Source: Eledone cirrhosa
Lineage: Eukaryota
Assembly: GCA_964016885.1 (NCBI GenBank)
Contig: OZ024747.1
Location: 85,002,001 to 85,066,000 of the forward strand
Direction of reading: 5' to 3'
DNA: 64,000 nucleotides
Positions 43,625 to 57,290 of this stretch are shown piece after piece (position 1 is the stretch's first letter; each line of letters opens with the position of its first letter). A program made the position numbers and the translations under genes. The notes below the pieces were generated by a model. The model ran no database searches. It worked only from the letters and a program-made list of their open reading frames with translations, and was not told the DNA's origin.

Positions 43625-44054
43625 TTTTAACTCTGATACTGGTTCAGTCTAGTTCAACTGAATTGGTCTGTCCCGGTCATTCATTGAGCAACATCGGTGA
43701 AGTTGGCACCCTTAACTCACAGTTGGGTGCGGATGCATTCATGTATATATGTGTGTGTCCGCATGTATCTGTGTGTTTCTAAATATATTGTTAATAACTC
43801 CCTCTGGTCGAGCAATCTTTGAAGTGTGGGGACAACTGGAAAGCTTCCATTACTCATACTTCTAGTCTTCTTCACCACCTCTTCTGCGGCCTCGATATGA
43901 ATACCCCCTCCGCCTCCGTGGTATTTTCTTCGTGGTTATAAGAGGCTTAGCTCTGTTTCTCGACCGTTATATCGCGTGACTATCTCTCCCTCCGCCTTTT
44001 GGGATTCTTTCTCACGTCGTGTAGACGCGTTCTTGAGACTAGTAAAATGAGGTA

Positions 44055-44144
44055 TCCTCTTGATAAGTCGGCAGACCTCGCAGGGACTCTATATCTTTAT
44101 GATATATTGTTTTTGTTTATGCCACGAAACTACGTAGTCGAGGA
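44055..44144 (+). ncRNA. Decayed hammerhead ribozyme (core TTGATAA)
   Basis: TCCTC-TTGATAA-GTCGGCA...TGCCAC-GAAAC-TACGTA-GTC-GAGGA; two transitions in the CTGATGA core. Confidence 0.6.
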
Positions 44145-44213
44145 ATTTAGGAGCAGTTTAGGTATGATACATTTTATTACTAATTATATCTAAATGTTTC
44201 TTCTCTCTTCATA

Positions 44214-44259
<46 letters not shown>

Positions 44260-44329
44260 TTGCGAGGTTTTTTATATGAAATCGTGTCGAAACAAATATT
44301 GTTATCCATTAACCCATCCATTAACATTG

Positions 44330-46260
44330 ATTTTGCTGTGAAAAGATGTGTGGAGATGATCATTGAGAGTGAGGTGGAGTTCTGCGACGTCGACACAGAC
44401 GAACTGGGCCTCCTACTTAGACTTACCTACGACACTGACTACCTAGACAGCCATGACCTTAGATGTTTCTGCCCTAGTAGACCTATAAGAGGTAGACCCC
44501 CCCCCCCCCCTCACCATAACCTCAATGGCAAAAAAGACTCCCATGGGAAGGTGGATTGGGTGGACCAAAGCTATACGGACCCCCCAAAACAATGATCAGG
44601 TAAGAAAAATGGTCGCACATGCAATAGGGGCTAGTATCAAAACTACCCTAAAGGGCCACATATTTAAGTTCAACGAGAAAATCTACACCCAAAATGAGGG
44701 AGCAGCCATCGGCGTCAGCATAGCTGGTGATGTTGCCAACCTTTTCATGGTATGGTGGGAAAGGAGACTTAAAGATCTCCTTAATGAAAGCTCCATAGAC
44801 CTCATCATGTACTCTCGTTATGTAGACGATATCAATATAGTTATAAGAACACCCCCACTAGAGAGCACTAACAAGTTTGATTTAGAACGTAGCACGATGG
44901 AAAGCATCCAGCAGATAGCTAATTCCATACACCAGAGTATAACTGTAACTATCGACTTCCCTTCTAAACACCCTAATAATAGACTACCTGTATTAGACAC
45001 AGAACTCTGGATTAACACTATAGACGAGAGAGCCCAAATTCTCCACTCACACTAGGCTAAACTCATGGATTCCAAATACCTGATACTCAAAAACTCAGCA
45101 ATGTCCAGTAGTGCTAAGTTTAATATTCTGATCTCAGATTTGGTACGAGTGATGAAGAATGTGTCCCGCATGTGCGACCCAACAGAAATGGAAAGACACA
45201 TCCAACACTTCATCAACCGCATGCAGTTCTCTGGCTACAACCAAAGAGACAGAGTCAGAGTATACGAAGGAGCCATGGAAAAGTATAAGACCCTCATAGA
45301 ACTGGACATGAAAGGAATTTGCCCATTATACAGGAGCAAATCATGGAATAGCTTAGATAGGGCTAGACATAAGATAGGGAAAGACACCTCATGGTACGAC
45401 AACCAGAGATACCAGAGTGTCATGTTTGTGGACGCCACCCCTGGAGGGAAATTAGCTAACCAGTGTAGAAAGGCCCTGAGAAAGACCCACTTAAAATAAA
45501 GGTGGTAGAAAAGCCAGGAACCACCATAAAATCCCTGATCAGCAAAACCTACCCTTTTAAGAAAACCCACTGTACCAATAGGAAATGTATCATATGTAAG
45601 GTGAACCCCCGGATAAACTGTAAAACTAGAAACGTAGTCTATAGCATAAGATGTACAGAGGGTACTTGCAGAAACATGACAACAACATACATAGGTGAGA
45701 CAGCTCGTAGCATAGGTGAAAGGATAGACCAACACTGGGGGGAACTAAAAGGACGAAAAAACGGGTCAGTACTATACGAACATGCTAGACAACAACATGA
45801 CGGTAACATAGACAACATAGAAATTAGAATAATATCTAAACATAGAAATGACCCAGCAGATAGGCAAATCAGAGAGGCCAGTGAAATAGAAATTAGAAGA
45901 CCAAAGCTAAACAGAAAGAATGAATGGAATAACAACAACACCCAAACAAACAACACTGACCTAAGAGAAGTATAAATAAGTAAATAAAATAAGATAAATA
46001 AATAAATAAATACATACACAAGCACAATAACAACAAGCACATAAACACACACTAGTCACCCATCACACAGCAAACATAACACTATACACACACGCAAACG
46101 CATGCGCAAAGAAGACAAAATAAAATAAACAAACAAGCAAATAAATAAATAAATATATAGACAGACTGAATAAAAATGGCGTAGACATACAACACAACAG
46201 GAGGAAAATATAACACCACTGACGATGTTGCAGATGTGCAACGAAAGATTTATGATAAAC
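44330..46260 (+). mobile_element. 5'-truncated Penelope-like element (Neptune/Nematis-type; RT + Cys linker + GIY-YIG) with a 3' HHR
   Basis: YTQNEGAAIG, YSRYVDDI, LPVLDTE, CTNRKCIIC...NVVYSIRC...YIGETARS..ERIDQH, LNRKNEW; stop at 45053 and frameshifts near 44510 and 45495. Confidence 0.88.
46214..46257 (+). ncRNA. Minimal hammerhead ribozyme at the 3' end of a PLE
   Basis: CTGACGA 46219-46225; stem II GTTGCA-GATG-TGCAAC; GAAA-GATT-TA; weak stem I. Confidence 0.65.
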
Positions 46261-46452
46261 TATATATATGTGTTTGTGTCTATATTGTATCTGTATTATT
46301 TTTGACCGTCGCTCAGTCAATGGCAACATTGAGGACCGAGTAAGTTAAATTACCGATATAAAAGACAGCGAGAAGCGAAAACCAACCAAACAGTGAGTGT
46401 GTTCTGTTATTAATTCTGGCAATATTACACAAATATGACCCTCCCCAAGTAT

Positions 46453-46489
<37 letters not shown>

Positions 46490-46498
<9 letters not shown>

Positions 46499-46943
46499 AA
46501 TGAATAATAACAGGTAGACATCATAAAAAGGTAATTTATTCCGTGTGCTTACAAGTGTTTCCACGGTGGTACTGCAGCCTAGTTATGCTACGTGCAAATT
46601 CACAAGTACTTGCAGAACTCAAATATCCAATGCTGTGACCACTGTTTCCTCTGAGGAAACAGTGGCCACAGCATTGGATATTTGAGTTCTGCAAGTACTT
46701 GTGAATTTGCACGTAGCATAACTAGGCTGCAGTACCACCGTGGAAACACTTGTAAGCACACGGAATAAATTACCTTTTTATGATGTCTACCTGTTATTAT
46801 TCATTCTTTATATACACTCCGGAATACAGAAGGATCAGGAACTAAGTTTCTTCAACAATTCTTCCATAACTCGTAGAGTAACCTCTTACCGTACGTCAAC
46901 CATATCCAGTGTAGTAATTAACCATTACTACATCTTGGATAAT

Positions 46944-46945
<2 letters not shown>
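46490..46945. mobile_element. Fold-back cassette in (TA)n: 162-bp arms (46490-46651 / 46653-46814) plus a unique tail
   Basis: 1-nt centre TTTCCTC-T-GAGGAAA; one mismatch seen between the arms. Confidence 0.75.
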
Positions 46946-46982
<37 letters not shown>

Positions 46983-47214
46983 GTAGAACACTGGAAGGTA
47001 ATATCCGTAGTGGTAGAGCACTCAGTCCATGGGACAAGTTAGGTATATATATATATATACATTATATATATATTATATATAACAAAATTTAATATAGAAA
47101 TGGCTTCTACGGGACTAGAACTGTTTCATTCGAAGGAATTCATCACATATCTATTGTTATACTTTGGGAGGGACATGCTGCCAACAAATACACACGCACC
47201 TGTTGGTTTCACTT

Positions 47215-48090
47215 GGTGGCGGTGTGTTGGTTGTTGTTGCTGTTGTTGTTGTTGGTGGTGATGGTGGTTGTAATGGTGGTAGCGGCGTTGTTGTTGTTGA
47301 TGATGATGGAGGTGGTGTTGGTAGTGGTAACAGCAGTGGTGGTGTTGTTGGTGGTGATGGTGATGGTGATAGTAGTTGTGGTGGTGGTGTTGGTGGTGGT
47401 GGAGGTGGTGGTGTTGGTGGTGGTGGAGGTGGTGGTGTTGGTGGTGGTGGAGGTGGTGGTGTTGGTTGTGGTGGAGGTGGTGGTGTTGGTGGTGGTGGAG
47501 GTGGTGGTGTTGGTGGTGGTGGAGGTGGTGGTACCAGCGGCGTTGTTGTTGGTGGTGGTGATAGTAGTTGTGTTGGTGGTGGAGGTGGTGGTGTTGGTGG
47601 TGGTGGAGGTGGTGGTGGTGTTGGTGGTGGTGGTGGTGGTGGTGTTGGTGGTGGAGGTGGTGGTGTTGGTGGTGGAGGTGGTGTTGGTGGTGGTACCAGC
47701 GGCGTTGTTGTTGGTGATGGTGATAGTAGTTGTGTTGGTGGTGGTGGTGGTGTTGGTGGTGGTGGTGGTGGTGGTGTTGGTGGTGGTGGTGGTGGTGGTG
47801 GTGTTGGTGGTGAAGGTGGTGTTGTTGTTGGTGGTGGTGATAGTAGTTGTGTTGGTGGTGGTGGTGGTGTTGGTGGTGGTGGTGGTGGTGTTGGTGGTGG
47901 AGGTGGTGTTGGTGGTGGAGGTGGTGTTGGTGGTGGTACCAGCGGCGTTGTTGTTGGTGATGGTGATAGTAGTTGTGTTGGTGGTGGAGGTGGTGTTGGT
48001 GGTGGAGGTGGTGTTGGTGGTGGTGGTACCAGCGGCGTTGTTGTTGGTGATGGTGATAGTAGTTGTGTTGGTGGTGGTGGTGGTGATGTG
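47215..48090. repeat. (GGT)n/(GTT)n low-complexity array with higher-order units
   Basis: Recurrent GGTACCAGCGGCGTTGTTGTTGGTGATGGTGATAGTAGTTGT units. Confidence 0.9.
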
Positions 48091-48523
48091 GAAGTGATGA
48101 GGTAGGTAGACAAGGATTGGTTATACACTACACACATACACACACACATAAACACACACACACACGCGCGCGCACACATAAACATACACACACATACACA
48201 AACAGATAAACATACATAAACAGACACACACACATACACACATATGCACATATACACGCAAAAACATACACATACACATATATCCACGTGCACACGCAAA
48301 AACATACACACACACATACATCCATATCCACATATACAAACATACACAGACATCCACATACACACAAATACACACATATCCACATACACACACAAATACA
48401 CATATCAGGTTTCAAAATAATAATAATCAAATTATTCTTTCTTTTGTCCTTTAGTTTCTCCCCCCCCCTCATACTCTTCCCAACCACACTCCTACACTTT
48501 ACATTAACACACATTAGTCGACA

Positions 48524-48569
<46 letters not shown>

Positions 48570-48602
48570 ATGCATATGTATGTGTGCCTGTATGTGAGTA
48601 TA

Positions 48603-51600
48603 AATAATAATAATGAAATTATTGTGTACAGTGCTCAGGTGCACTACAACTCATCAAAGGTGCATGTATAGTACATAGAATAATGTACAAATGTCAGGAA
48701 AATGAACAGTGTACGAGTCATGATATAATAACAATAACAATAATGAAATATTGTGTACAGTGCCCAGGTGCACCACAACTCATCAAAAAAGTGGATGTAC
48801 AGTACATAGGGCAATGCACAAACATCAGTAAAATGAACAGTGCACGAGTCATGATACACACATGTGTGCATGTGTATGGAAGGGGTACATCAGGTGTAGT
48901 TTTGGCGTATTTCGGGAAGCATGAGTGTCTTAAAGGATGCAGTGTCTCGGCAGCTAACAATTGACGCAGGCAGTTTGTTCCATGCTTCAGCAACTCTGAG
49001 CGTGAAAAAATGTCTACGAAAGTCATGGGAGCTGTGGTGTTTTCTGATCTTGTAGGCATGTCCACGTGTGTTAGACACATGGAGATCAAAGAGGCGCTCA
49101 GGGTTGCAATTGGCGAGATGGTTAAAAACTTTGTGGGTATTCACCAAGTCCATTGCCAGACGTCGGAGCTTCAATGAATCCATGCCCAGGGAAGCAAGGC
49201 GTTCAGAGTATGGTAGGTGTCTGATGGAGGGTATGCGCTTGGTTGCACGTCTCTGAACAGTTTCCAGGAGGTCAATGTTCTGAGCAAGATAGGGGTTCCA
49301 GACTGATGATGCGAATTCCAAGTGTGGTCGTACCATAGCTGTATACAGTTTTAAATAGATGGCTGGAGAGCGGCTAACAAAGGTCTTGCTGAGTGATGCC
49401 AAGACACCCTCGGCCTTCTTGACAATCTTAGAGACATGCTTTGTCCAACGCAAATCGTTGCTGACAGTAATGCCCAGGTCACGTTCACAAGAGGACTTTT
49501 TGATATCAGTGTTGTGGAGGGAGTATGTGGACGCTGGGTTTTTCCTTCCAAAATGCATGGTGGTACACTTGTCCACAGCCAGCTTCAGTTGCCAGTCTGT
49601 GATCCATTGCTGCATTGTGTCCAGGTCTGATTGTAGGAAAGAGTTGTAAATTTCAGGATCAGTCCTTTTGATTTCAAGGTACAGCTTGATGTCATCTGCA
49701 TATTTTAGTACCGTGGCATTCTGTAAGTTGGCATCTATGTCGTTAATATATGCCACAAACAAAAGAGGACCAAGAACAGATCCCTGTGGTACACCAGATG
49801 ACATCTCATATGGTGAAGAATGCTGTCCTAGAACCGTGACTACTTCTTTTCGGCTGAGAATGAAGGATTTCAACCAGTCGAAAAGATCATCCCTCACACC
49901 CATTGCAGAGAGTTTTGCCATAAGTCTTTTGTGTGGCACATAATTAAAAGCCTTAGCAAAGTCAAGGTAAACAACATCCACCCATGAGCCGCTGTCAGTG
50001 ATCCGGGTGATGTCCTCAAGGAACTCTATAAGCTGATCACAGCAGCTGGAGTTAGGGATAAACCCAAACTGTGAGGGCCGGATGAGGCTGTGAGAGCTCC
50101 AGAAGTTCCAAAGTGTTTCTCTGACACAGGATTCCATCAGTTTGGCCATACAGCTAGTAAGACTGACTGAACGATAGTTGACAGGTGACATGCGGTTGCC
50201 CTTTTTGAACAGGGGAATGACACTGGCAGTTTTCCACTGCTCCGGAGTAGCACCATTGTTGAGACAGTATTGAAAGAAGAAAGAAAGCTGGCGCAAAAGG
50301 AAATACCCGCCACGTTTGAGAAGCAGGTATGTTACACCATCAAGACCAGGGGAGGCATAGTTGCGCTTATTCTTAAGGTGACGTCGCAACATTGCAGGTG
50401 TAAATTCCATAGTTATTATGGAATTTGATGTTAGAGATGGTGGAGATGGTACATTCTGGTTTTCAACAGTAAAAATACTTGCATAGCACTCAGCAATGAG
50501 TTCTGCGCATTCCTTGGGATCGTCAGTGATCTGGCTTGTGTGGGGATTGCGAAGAGGACTAACTGGAGAGTGAGGTCTCTGCTTTGAATGAACATATTTC
50601 CAGAACACCTTACTGTCAGGATTGGTTGCGATGCACTGTTCAAATTCAAGCACTGCCTTCTTTGTCACTTGCTTGAGATAGTTAGAAGATTTATTCCGCT
50701 TTTTTCTGTTGGCATCTGATCTATGCAGTTTATATTCCCGTTCAGCGTTCCGACGTTCTTTCCTGGCAAGTCGGACCGCTGAAGTTTCCCAGATTGCACT
50801 TTTGGGGTGGTTATTTTTCCGCTTCCGTGGCACTGATGCTGCACATGCTATCCATATTGTGTCCAGGATGCTCTGGAGTATAGAGTTCACATCTCCAGAG
50901 TTATACATCTCATGCCAGTTTGGGCGCTGTAGCTCAGTGCAGTACAAGTTCCAATTCGCCCTCTTCCAATCAAAGCAAGCAGATTGGAGATGGCTCTGGT
51001 TTTTGTTGCTGCCCTCAAGTGCCAGATTGGCAATGATCATAGCATGATCAGAGTCGCCTAGAGGTTCCTCAGTAGTACAACTGATAACCACTTCAGGAGT
51101 AGTGGTGAAGATCAGGTCCAAAGTGTTGTCACCTCTTGTTGGAGAGGTGACTACTTGTGACCAGTTTGAGTCCAGTACTAGTTCAAGGAAATCGTTTGCA
51201 CCTTGTGGCCAACGAAAGGTTTCCCAATCGATCTCTGGATGATTGAAGTCACCTGCAATAAACACATAAGTGGCTGTTTTCTTGGCAGCAACTCTGAGGA
51301 TATCGCAAAGCTGTGTCCTGATGGTAGTTTGAGGGGCGATAAACAACACCAAGCAGAAGTGTTGACATGGTCATACGTATGTCACAGAAAAAAACTTCTT
51401 CCTGTGATTCGTTCAAATCAACGCAAGGAATTACCGAAAAGTTTGAACGAACGTAGACCATCACACCACCACCACGGCGGTTAATGCGGTCCTTGCGGAA
51501 AAGGTTGTACCCAGTAATGCTGAAAACCCCATCACAGAGTAAGGAATGTGCCCATGTTTCCGTGACTGTGATGAAGTCAGGGTCGATGCTTCTGACGTAG

Positions 51601-52000
51601 GATTCGAACAGATGTATCTTGTTGCATAAACTGCGAGCATTTAAGGACAACAATTTGTACCCTGCTCGTAGTTTATGATGGTGTGTAGAGGGTGGCAGGT
51701 TGTTCTGGTTTAGTTTCCCAGAGTTGTAGCAGTTTTTACATTGCCAGTTATTGTGGGTAGATCACACTCAGACCAGCTGGTATCTCTCTTCCACGTTTCA
51801 CCAGCCTTGACAAACCTCCAGATCTGCCCATCATCACGCAGACTAAAACTTTCATCTTGTGCTGAGTTCCGATTCAAGGAAGCTGCAGCACGTAGCTTTG
51901 GACGTACATGGGGTGGTAGGCCTGGGCGTGTTCGGAAGGTAATCCGATTTTCACGCCCAGCTTTAGCAGAGGCCAGATGATATGAGGTTGCCTCTGCGGG
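48603..52000 (-). mobile_element. CR1-type LINE: end of ORF1, near-intact ORF2 (APE + RT) and duplicated 3' UTR
   Basis: See the ORF2 feature; 3' UTR with (TTA/TTG)n tail at about 48728 and a second diverged 3' end at 48603-48727. Confidence 0.9.
48890..51653 (-). pseudogene. CR1-type ORF2 endonuclease-reverse transcriptase with one frameshift near 51300-51350
   Basis: LNARSL, ITVTETW, GGGV, AGDFNHP, SDHA (APE); SPGLDG, YRSVSLTS, QFGF, YLDFAKAF, SGVPQGSVLGPLLF, YADD (RT); TRGH.YK, FFTLRVAEAWNKLP (CR1 C-terminus). Confidence 0.9.
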
Positions 52001-52100
52001 GTCCGAAAAAGAGTATATAAATCCGAAAAAGAGTATATAAATCTCTGACCGATTGATAAATACTTTGTCCACTTAAATATTTATATATATATACACACAC

Positions 52101-52134
<34 letters not shown>

Positions 52135-52483
52135 ATGTTTGAGTGTGTGTGAGTGTGTGTGTTGATGTGTGACACCAACCATACCGTTCGCTTCATGTGT
52201 CTTTCCCCCAACCCTCCACCTCCACTATATGGCCAGCGAAATTGTTGCTACAGACCATCTCCGAATGGTTGGTAGCAACAATAACACTTATTTCGCAGGC
52301 CATTGCTGAATTAAATATTTTCTATATTTTCTCTGTTTTTGTTTGCCGTAAGTCCTTTATAGATTTACTAATTATGCAATCCGCGCCTGATGATGTCGCC
52401 AGGATCTTATGTAACCAGGACTTTAAAGGAACATCACCAGTCCGTCCTCCTGTTATTTTAATCAAACTAATACATACATACGT

Positions 52484-52545
<62 letters not shown>

Positions 52546-52548
<3 letters not shown>

Positions 52549-52810
52549 AAATATTAAAAAAATAATGAATAAAACAATGAAACAGTTCCTTATATTAAAC
52601 AAAAAAAGTTCAACTTATTTTGTTTAATATAAGGAACTGTTTCATTGTTTTATTCATTATTTTTTTAATATTTTATCTTGACTCTGTATTCCGTTTATCT
52701 TTCACCGAAAGTGATTTTTCATTGCATCTCTTCTTTCCATGATATCCGGATTACATTGAGTTCTTCATACGGATTGGACACTACCGTAAACTCTTGGTAG
52801 ATTTATCTAC
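52546..52810 (+). mobile_element. Second copy of the 110-670 cassette, folded back just downstream of the HHR (centre 52611)
   Basis: Arms 52546-52610 / 52612-52676; the tail matches 533-670. Confidence 0.8.
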
Positions 52811-52860
<50 letters not shown>

Positions 52861-52865
<5 letters not shown>

Positions 52866-53064
52866 AACGAGTAGGACCTCGACGGCTGAGCTCAAGCCGT
52901 TTCGACGGCTAATTCTAGACTAAATTTAGTCCAGAATTAGCCGTCGAAACGGCTTGAGCTCAGTCGTCGGGGTCCTACTCGTTCCTATTACCCACTCTAC
53001 TACCCTAAGTATTGAGTACTTTGGTGCGTTATGGTCCACCTGGTTCCTTACCACATTTCCTCCG

Positions 53065-53068
<4 letters not shown>
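52861..53068 (+). mobile_element. Fold-back cassette in (TA)n centred on a putative HHR stem II (palindrome 52861-52988)
   Basis: Axis at 52924/52925; arms carry GTC-GAAAC-GGCT-TGAGCTC-AG(C/T)C-GTC-GGGGTCC. Family members at 4594-4631, 28084-28119 and 55186-55260. Confidence 0.75.
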
Positions 53069-53112
<44 letters not shown>

Positions 53113-53759
53113 ATACTTTGGGAGGGTCATGTTGCCAATAAGAAACACATGCACCAGTTGCTTTCACTTCAATTTATTATAATAAATTTATAAATTGAGG
53201 AATTTGGGAGGAGAGAACAGAAAGGACAGGAGCCAATCTTCTAAATGTTATCCTAATGCATTAAGTCATTCAATTTAAAGCTATAAAAAAAGTTGTTATT
53301 GAGGCCTTTGAATCCCTTAGAAATTCTACAAATATATTCTTATTTTTTAAATATTGCAGAAACACAATAAAAGAAATATACTTTGGTATTCAATTTAATG
53401 ATCAAAAGAAACGGAAAAAAGCTAATCATCAGATTGAACCAAGGAAACTATGCTTCCATTGGTCTTTTCATCGCTGATATCATCTACCGGCTGCAGGTCC
53501 TAGCAGTGCGGAAGAAATAAGCAAATCCATATGAAATGCTAAATAACAATAGAACTAGATTGGTTCTATATTCCAAGCTGCCAAAATGGTCCCAACGCTG
53601 ATGTAAGTTCACAACGAAATTAAATTTGGATGGAGAGAGTCCGTATGGAGTGGAAAATGAAACAAGAAAACAAAGTTGGGTACTGAATTCATATATATAA
53701 TATATTCTTTTTACCAGCAAAAGTTTTGTTCTCAGTGTTTGTCTTATATGATCTTCAAC

Positions 53760-53799
<40 letters not shown>

Positions 53800-53829
53800 C
53801 ATGGAGAGCCGTCTATATATATATATACA

Positions 53830-53887
<58 letters not shown>

Positions 53888-53924
53888 TATGTATAAGTAT
53901 GTATACATGTATATATATAAACAC

Positions 53925-53957
<33 letters not shown>

Positions 53958-54044
53958 AATATATATACCCCCCACTCTCAAAAGCGTGTACCTAATAAAA
54001 CTCATATTTGTACTGCCTCTCTGTTTTTGTTCCCGTCTAAGGTT

Positions 54045-54158
<114 letters not shown>

Positions 54159-54175
54159 CATACATATATATACAT

Positions 54176-54284
<109 letters not shown>

Positions 54285-54291
54285 AATATAT

Positions 54292-54376
<85 letters not shown>

Positions 54377-54393
54377 CATATATATATATACAT

Positions 54394-54485
<92 letters not shown>

Positions 54486-54505
54486 ATATATACACACACA
54501 TATAT

Positions 54506-54568
<63 letters not shown>

Positions 54569-54587
54569 TATGTATAAGTATGTATAC

Positions 54588-54637
<50 letters not shown>

Positions 54638-54805
54638 AAATTTCAGGTTATCAATAATGTAGTGATAATATATCGTTACGTTAGAGATGAACAGCGTACG
54701 TGCAGGTTTGCTCAACGAGTATAAATTATATTCCGGAGAAATGTAGAAAGGATGAATATAAAATGAAATATATATATATATATATATAAGTATGTATAAG
54801 TATGT

Positions 54806-54851
<46 letters not shown>

Positions 54852-55106
54852 TATATATATATTATATATATATATATATATGTATATGTTTGTATGTATG
54901 TGTGTGTGAGAGAGAGTGTGTGAATGTGTATGTGTGTGTGTGTGTGTATTCATTCAGTGCTCAAACATTATGGTTCTGCTTCCTATTTCATTTTTCACTC
55001 TTACTATAGAGTTATGATGAAAAGACAGGTAGACCAGAAATAAATCTATATTTTCGACAAACAGTTGTTAAATATTAATATATATATATATGTGTGTATA
55101 TATATG

Positions 55107-55188
<82 letters not shown>

Positions 55189-55259
55189 AACAAGTAAGAC
55201 CCCGATGGCTGAGCTCAAGCCGTTTCGACGGCTCCTGGTTCCTTACCACATTTCCTTCG

Positions 55260-55322
<63 letters not shown>

Positions 55323-55379
55323 ACTCTTGCAAGCAGGGAAAAGCTGACGTAAAATGATGATGATGATGATAAATATATA

Positions 55380-55695
55380 TACTCTTTTACTCTTTTAACT
55401 GTTTCAGCCATCCGGCCATGCTGGGGCAAAAATTGTTTGTGGAAAACCAGCAGTCACCCATGCATACCAGTATCCCCTCTCCATGCCACCGATATTGTCC
55501 AAGGGAAAGGCAAAGGCCCATACAGCTTGGCACCACTGACATTGCAACTCACTTCTGCAGCTGAGTGGACTGGAGCAATGTGAAATAAAATATCTTGCCC
55601 AAGGACACAACACACCACCCAGTCTAAGAATCAAACTCCCCAACTTCACGATTGTAAGCCTAACACTCTAACCACTAAGCCATATGCCTTCACAA
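55380..55695 (-). mobile_element. SINE family B-related copy
   Basis: CTGAGTGGACTGGAGCAATGTGAAATAAAATATCTTGCCCAAGGACAC; tRNA-like head at the right end. Confidence 0.7.
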
Positions 55696-55737
55696 CTCCA
55701 TTGTATAGACAAGCATGAAATACATTGAGGCAGGAGT

Positions 55738-55792
<55 letters not shown>

Positions 55793-56101
55793 GTATGTGT
55801 GTGTATGTGTGTGTATATATATATATGTATATAAATGCGTGTGTATGTATACAAATATATATATATATATGTATTTTTATTCTTTATTGTTTGATCTTCT
55901 CAAGTAATATTATTAACTCTATTAATATCCGGTGCCTCTTTGGTAACAGAACCGTTTTTGTTATTGTGCTTGGTTGTAATTCTTTGCGCATTAGATGTTG
56001 TAAACATCATTCATGTGAGTAAATATATATATGTACATATATATATTTACACAAACACACAAATATGTAGATGCATATACGTATATACATCTTCAAATAC
56101 C

Positions 56102-56164
<63 letters not shown>

Positions 56165-56264
56165 ATGTATAAATGTGTGTATATATATATATATATATAT
56201 ACACATATATACATATATATACATATATATATATATAGATATATATATATACACATATATACAC

Positions 56265-56329
<65 letters not shown>

Positions 56330-56340
56330 TATATGTATGC

Positions 56341-56382
<42 letters not shown>

Positions 56383-56467
56383 ATGTATACATTATAAATA
56401 TATGTGTGTGCGTGTGTGGAGAAATTAAAAGAATCACACGAATACACTAAATTTGCAAGTGAAGTAT

Positions 56468-56531
<64 letters not shown>

Positions 56532-56600
56532 TCTCCGCGCTTTCGCAAACATGGTCACGTTAGCCAACAACTTATTGATCCACCCACATAATTATGTTAA

Positions 56601-56673
56601 CATCTGATGACGTCACACTGGTGCAACGATTGCACAATATCTCGATGCCGGTGCCACAGAAATACGTATAATG
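56601..56673 (+). ncRNA. Hammerhead ribozyme with intact core and decayed stems
   Basis: CAT-CTGATGA-...CACTGGT...GCCGGTG...-GAAA-TACGTA-TA-ATG. Confidence 0.55.
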
Positions 56674-57084
56674 AATATGATTATGCAACTTCTGCCTCAA
56701 CGTTTATTTCACATATATGCCTATGATCGTAAGTTGAATGTTATATATATATATTTTATATTTTATTATATTAATTCGATTTATATGTACAGAGTACATG
56801 TCAGATATTGTTTCAACTTTCATTATTTGTTGTTTTAATAATATATAATATCACCAATTATGATATATAATAATAATTGTTTCTACTATTGGCACAAGGC
56901 CAGTAATTACCCCAGTGTATTTCTGGTAGTTTATTTTATCGACCCCCGTAAGGTTGAAAGACAAAGTTAACCTCGTCAGGACTTGAACTCAGACTGCAAA
57001 AGGACGTAACTCTATGCTGAAAAGCATGGCGTCCGACCCTCTACCGATACTTCCAATTCACCTAATAATATAATTTTCTATTTC

Positions 57085-57290
57085 AGATCTCCTACGGTTT
57101 GGAAGAGAGGCTGCTTGTATGGACACGTGATCGTGTGCATTCTGGTAAGAGCATGGAGGATGTGCGACATGACTTCACTGCAAGATTCGGCAAACCAGCT
57201 CCTCCGAAGAGAACGATACTGCAATGGGAACATAAACTGTTTCGGATTACTTTTTGGTAGGCGGTGACAAGACTTTTGGACCACCCTGTA
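57085..57290 (+). mobile_element. Tc1/mariner-superfamily remnant (N-terminal HTH plus right TIR)
   Basis: EERLLVW...KSMEDVRHDFTARFGKPAPPKRTILQWEHKLF, followed by the terminal CCACCCTG-TA. Confidence 0.65.

Noticed and set aside
47157-48401. Long Pro-rich (414 aa) and Gly-rich (313 aa) ORFs resembling extensin or glycine-rich structural proteins
   Set aside because: (GGT)n low-complexity DNA is open in several frames on both strands; there is no signal peptide, codon variation or supported exon structure.
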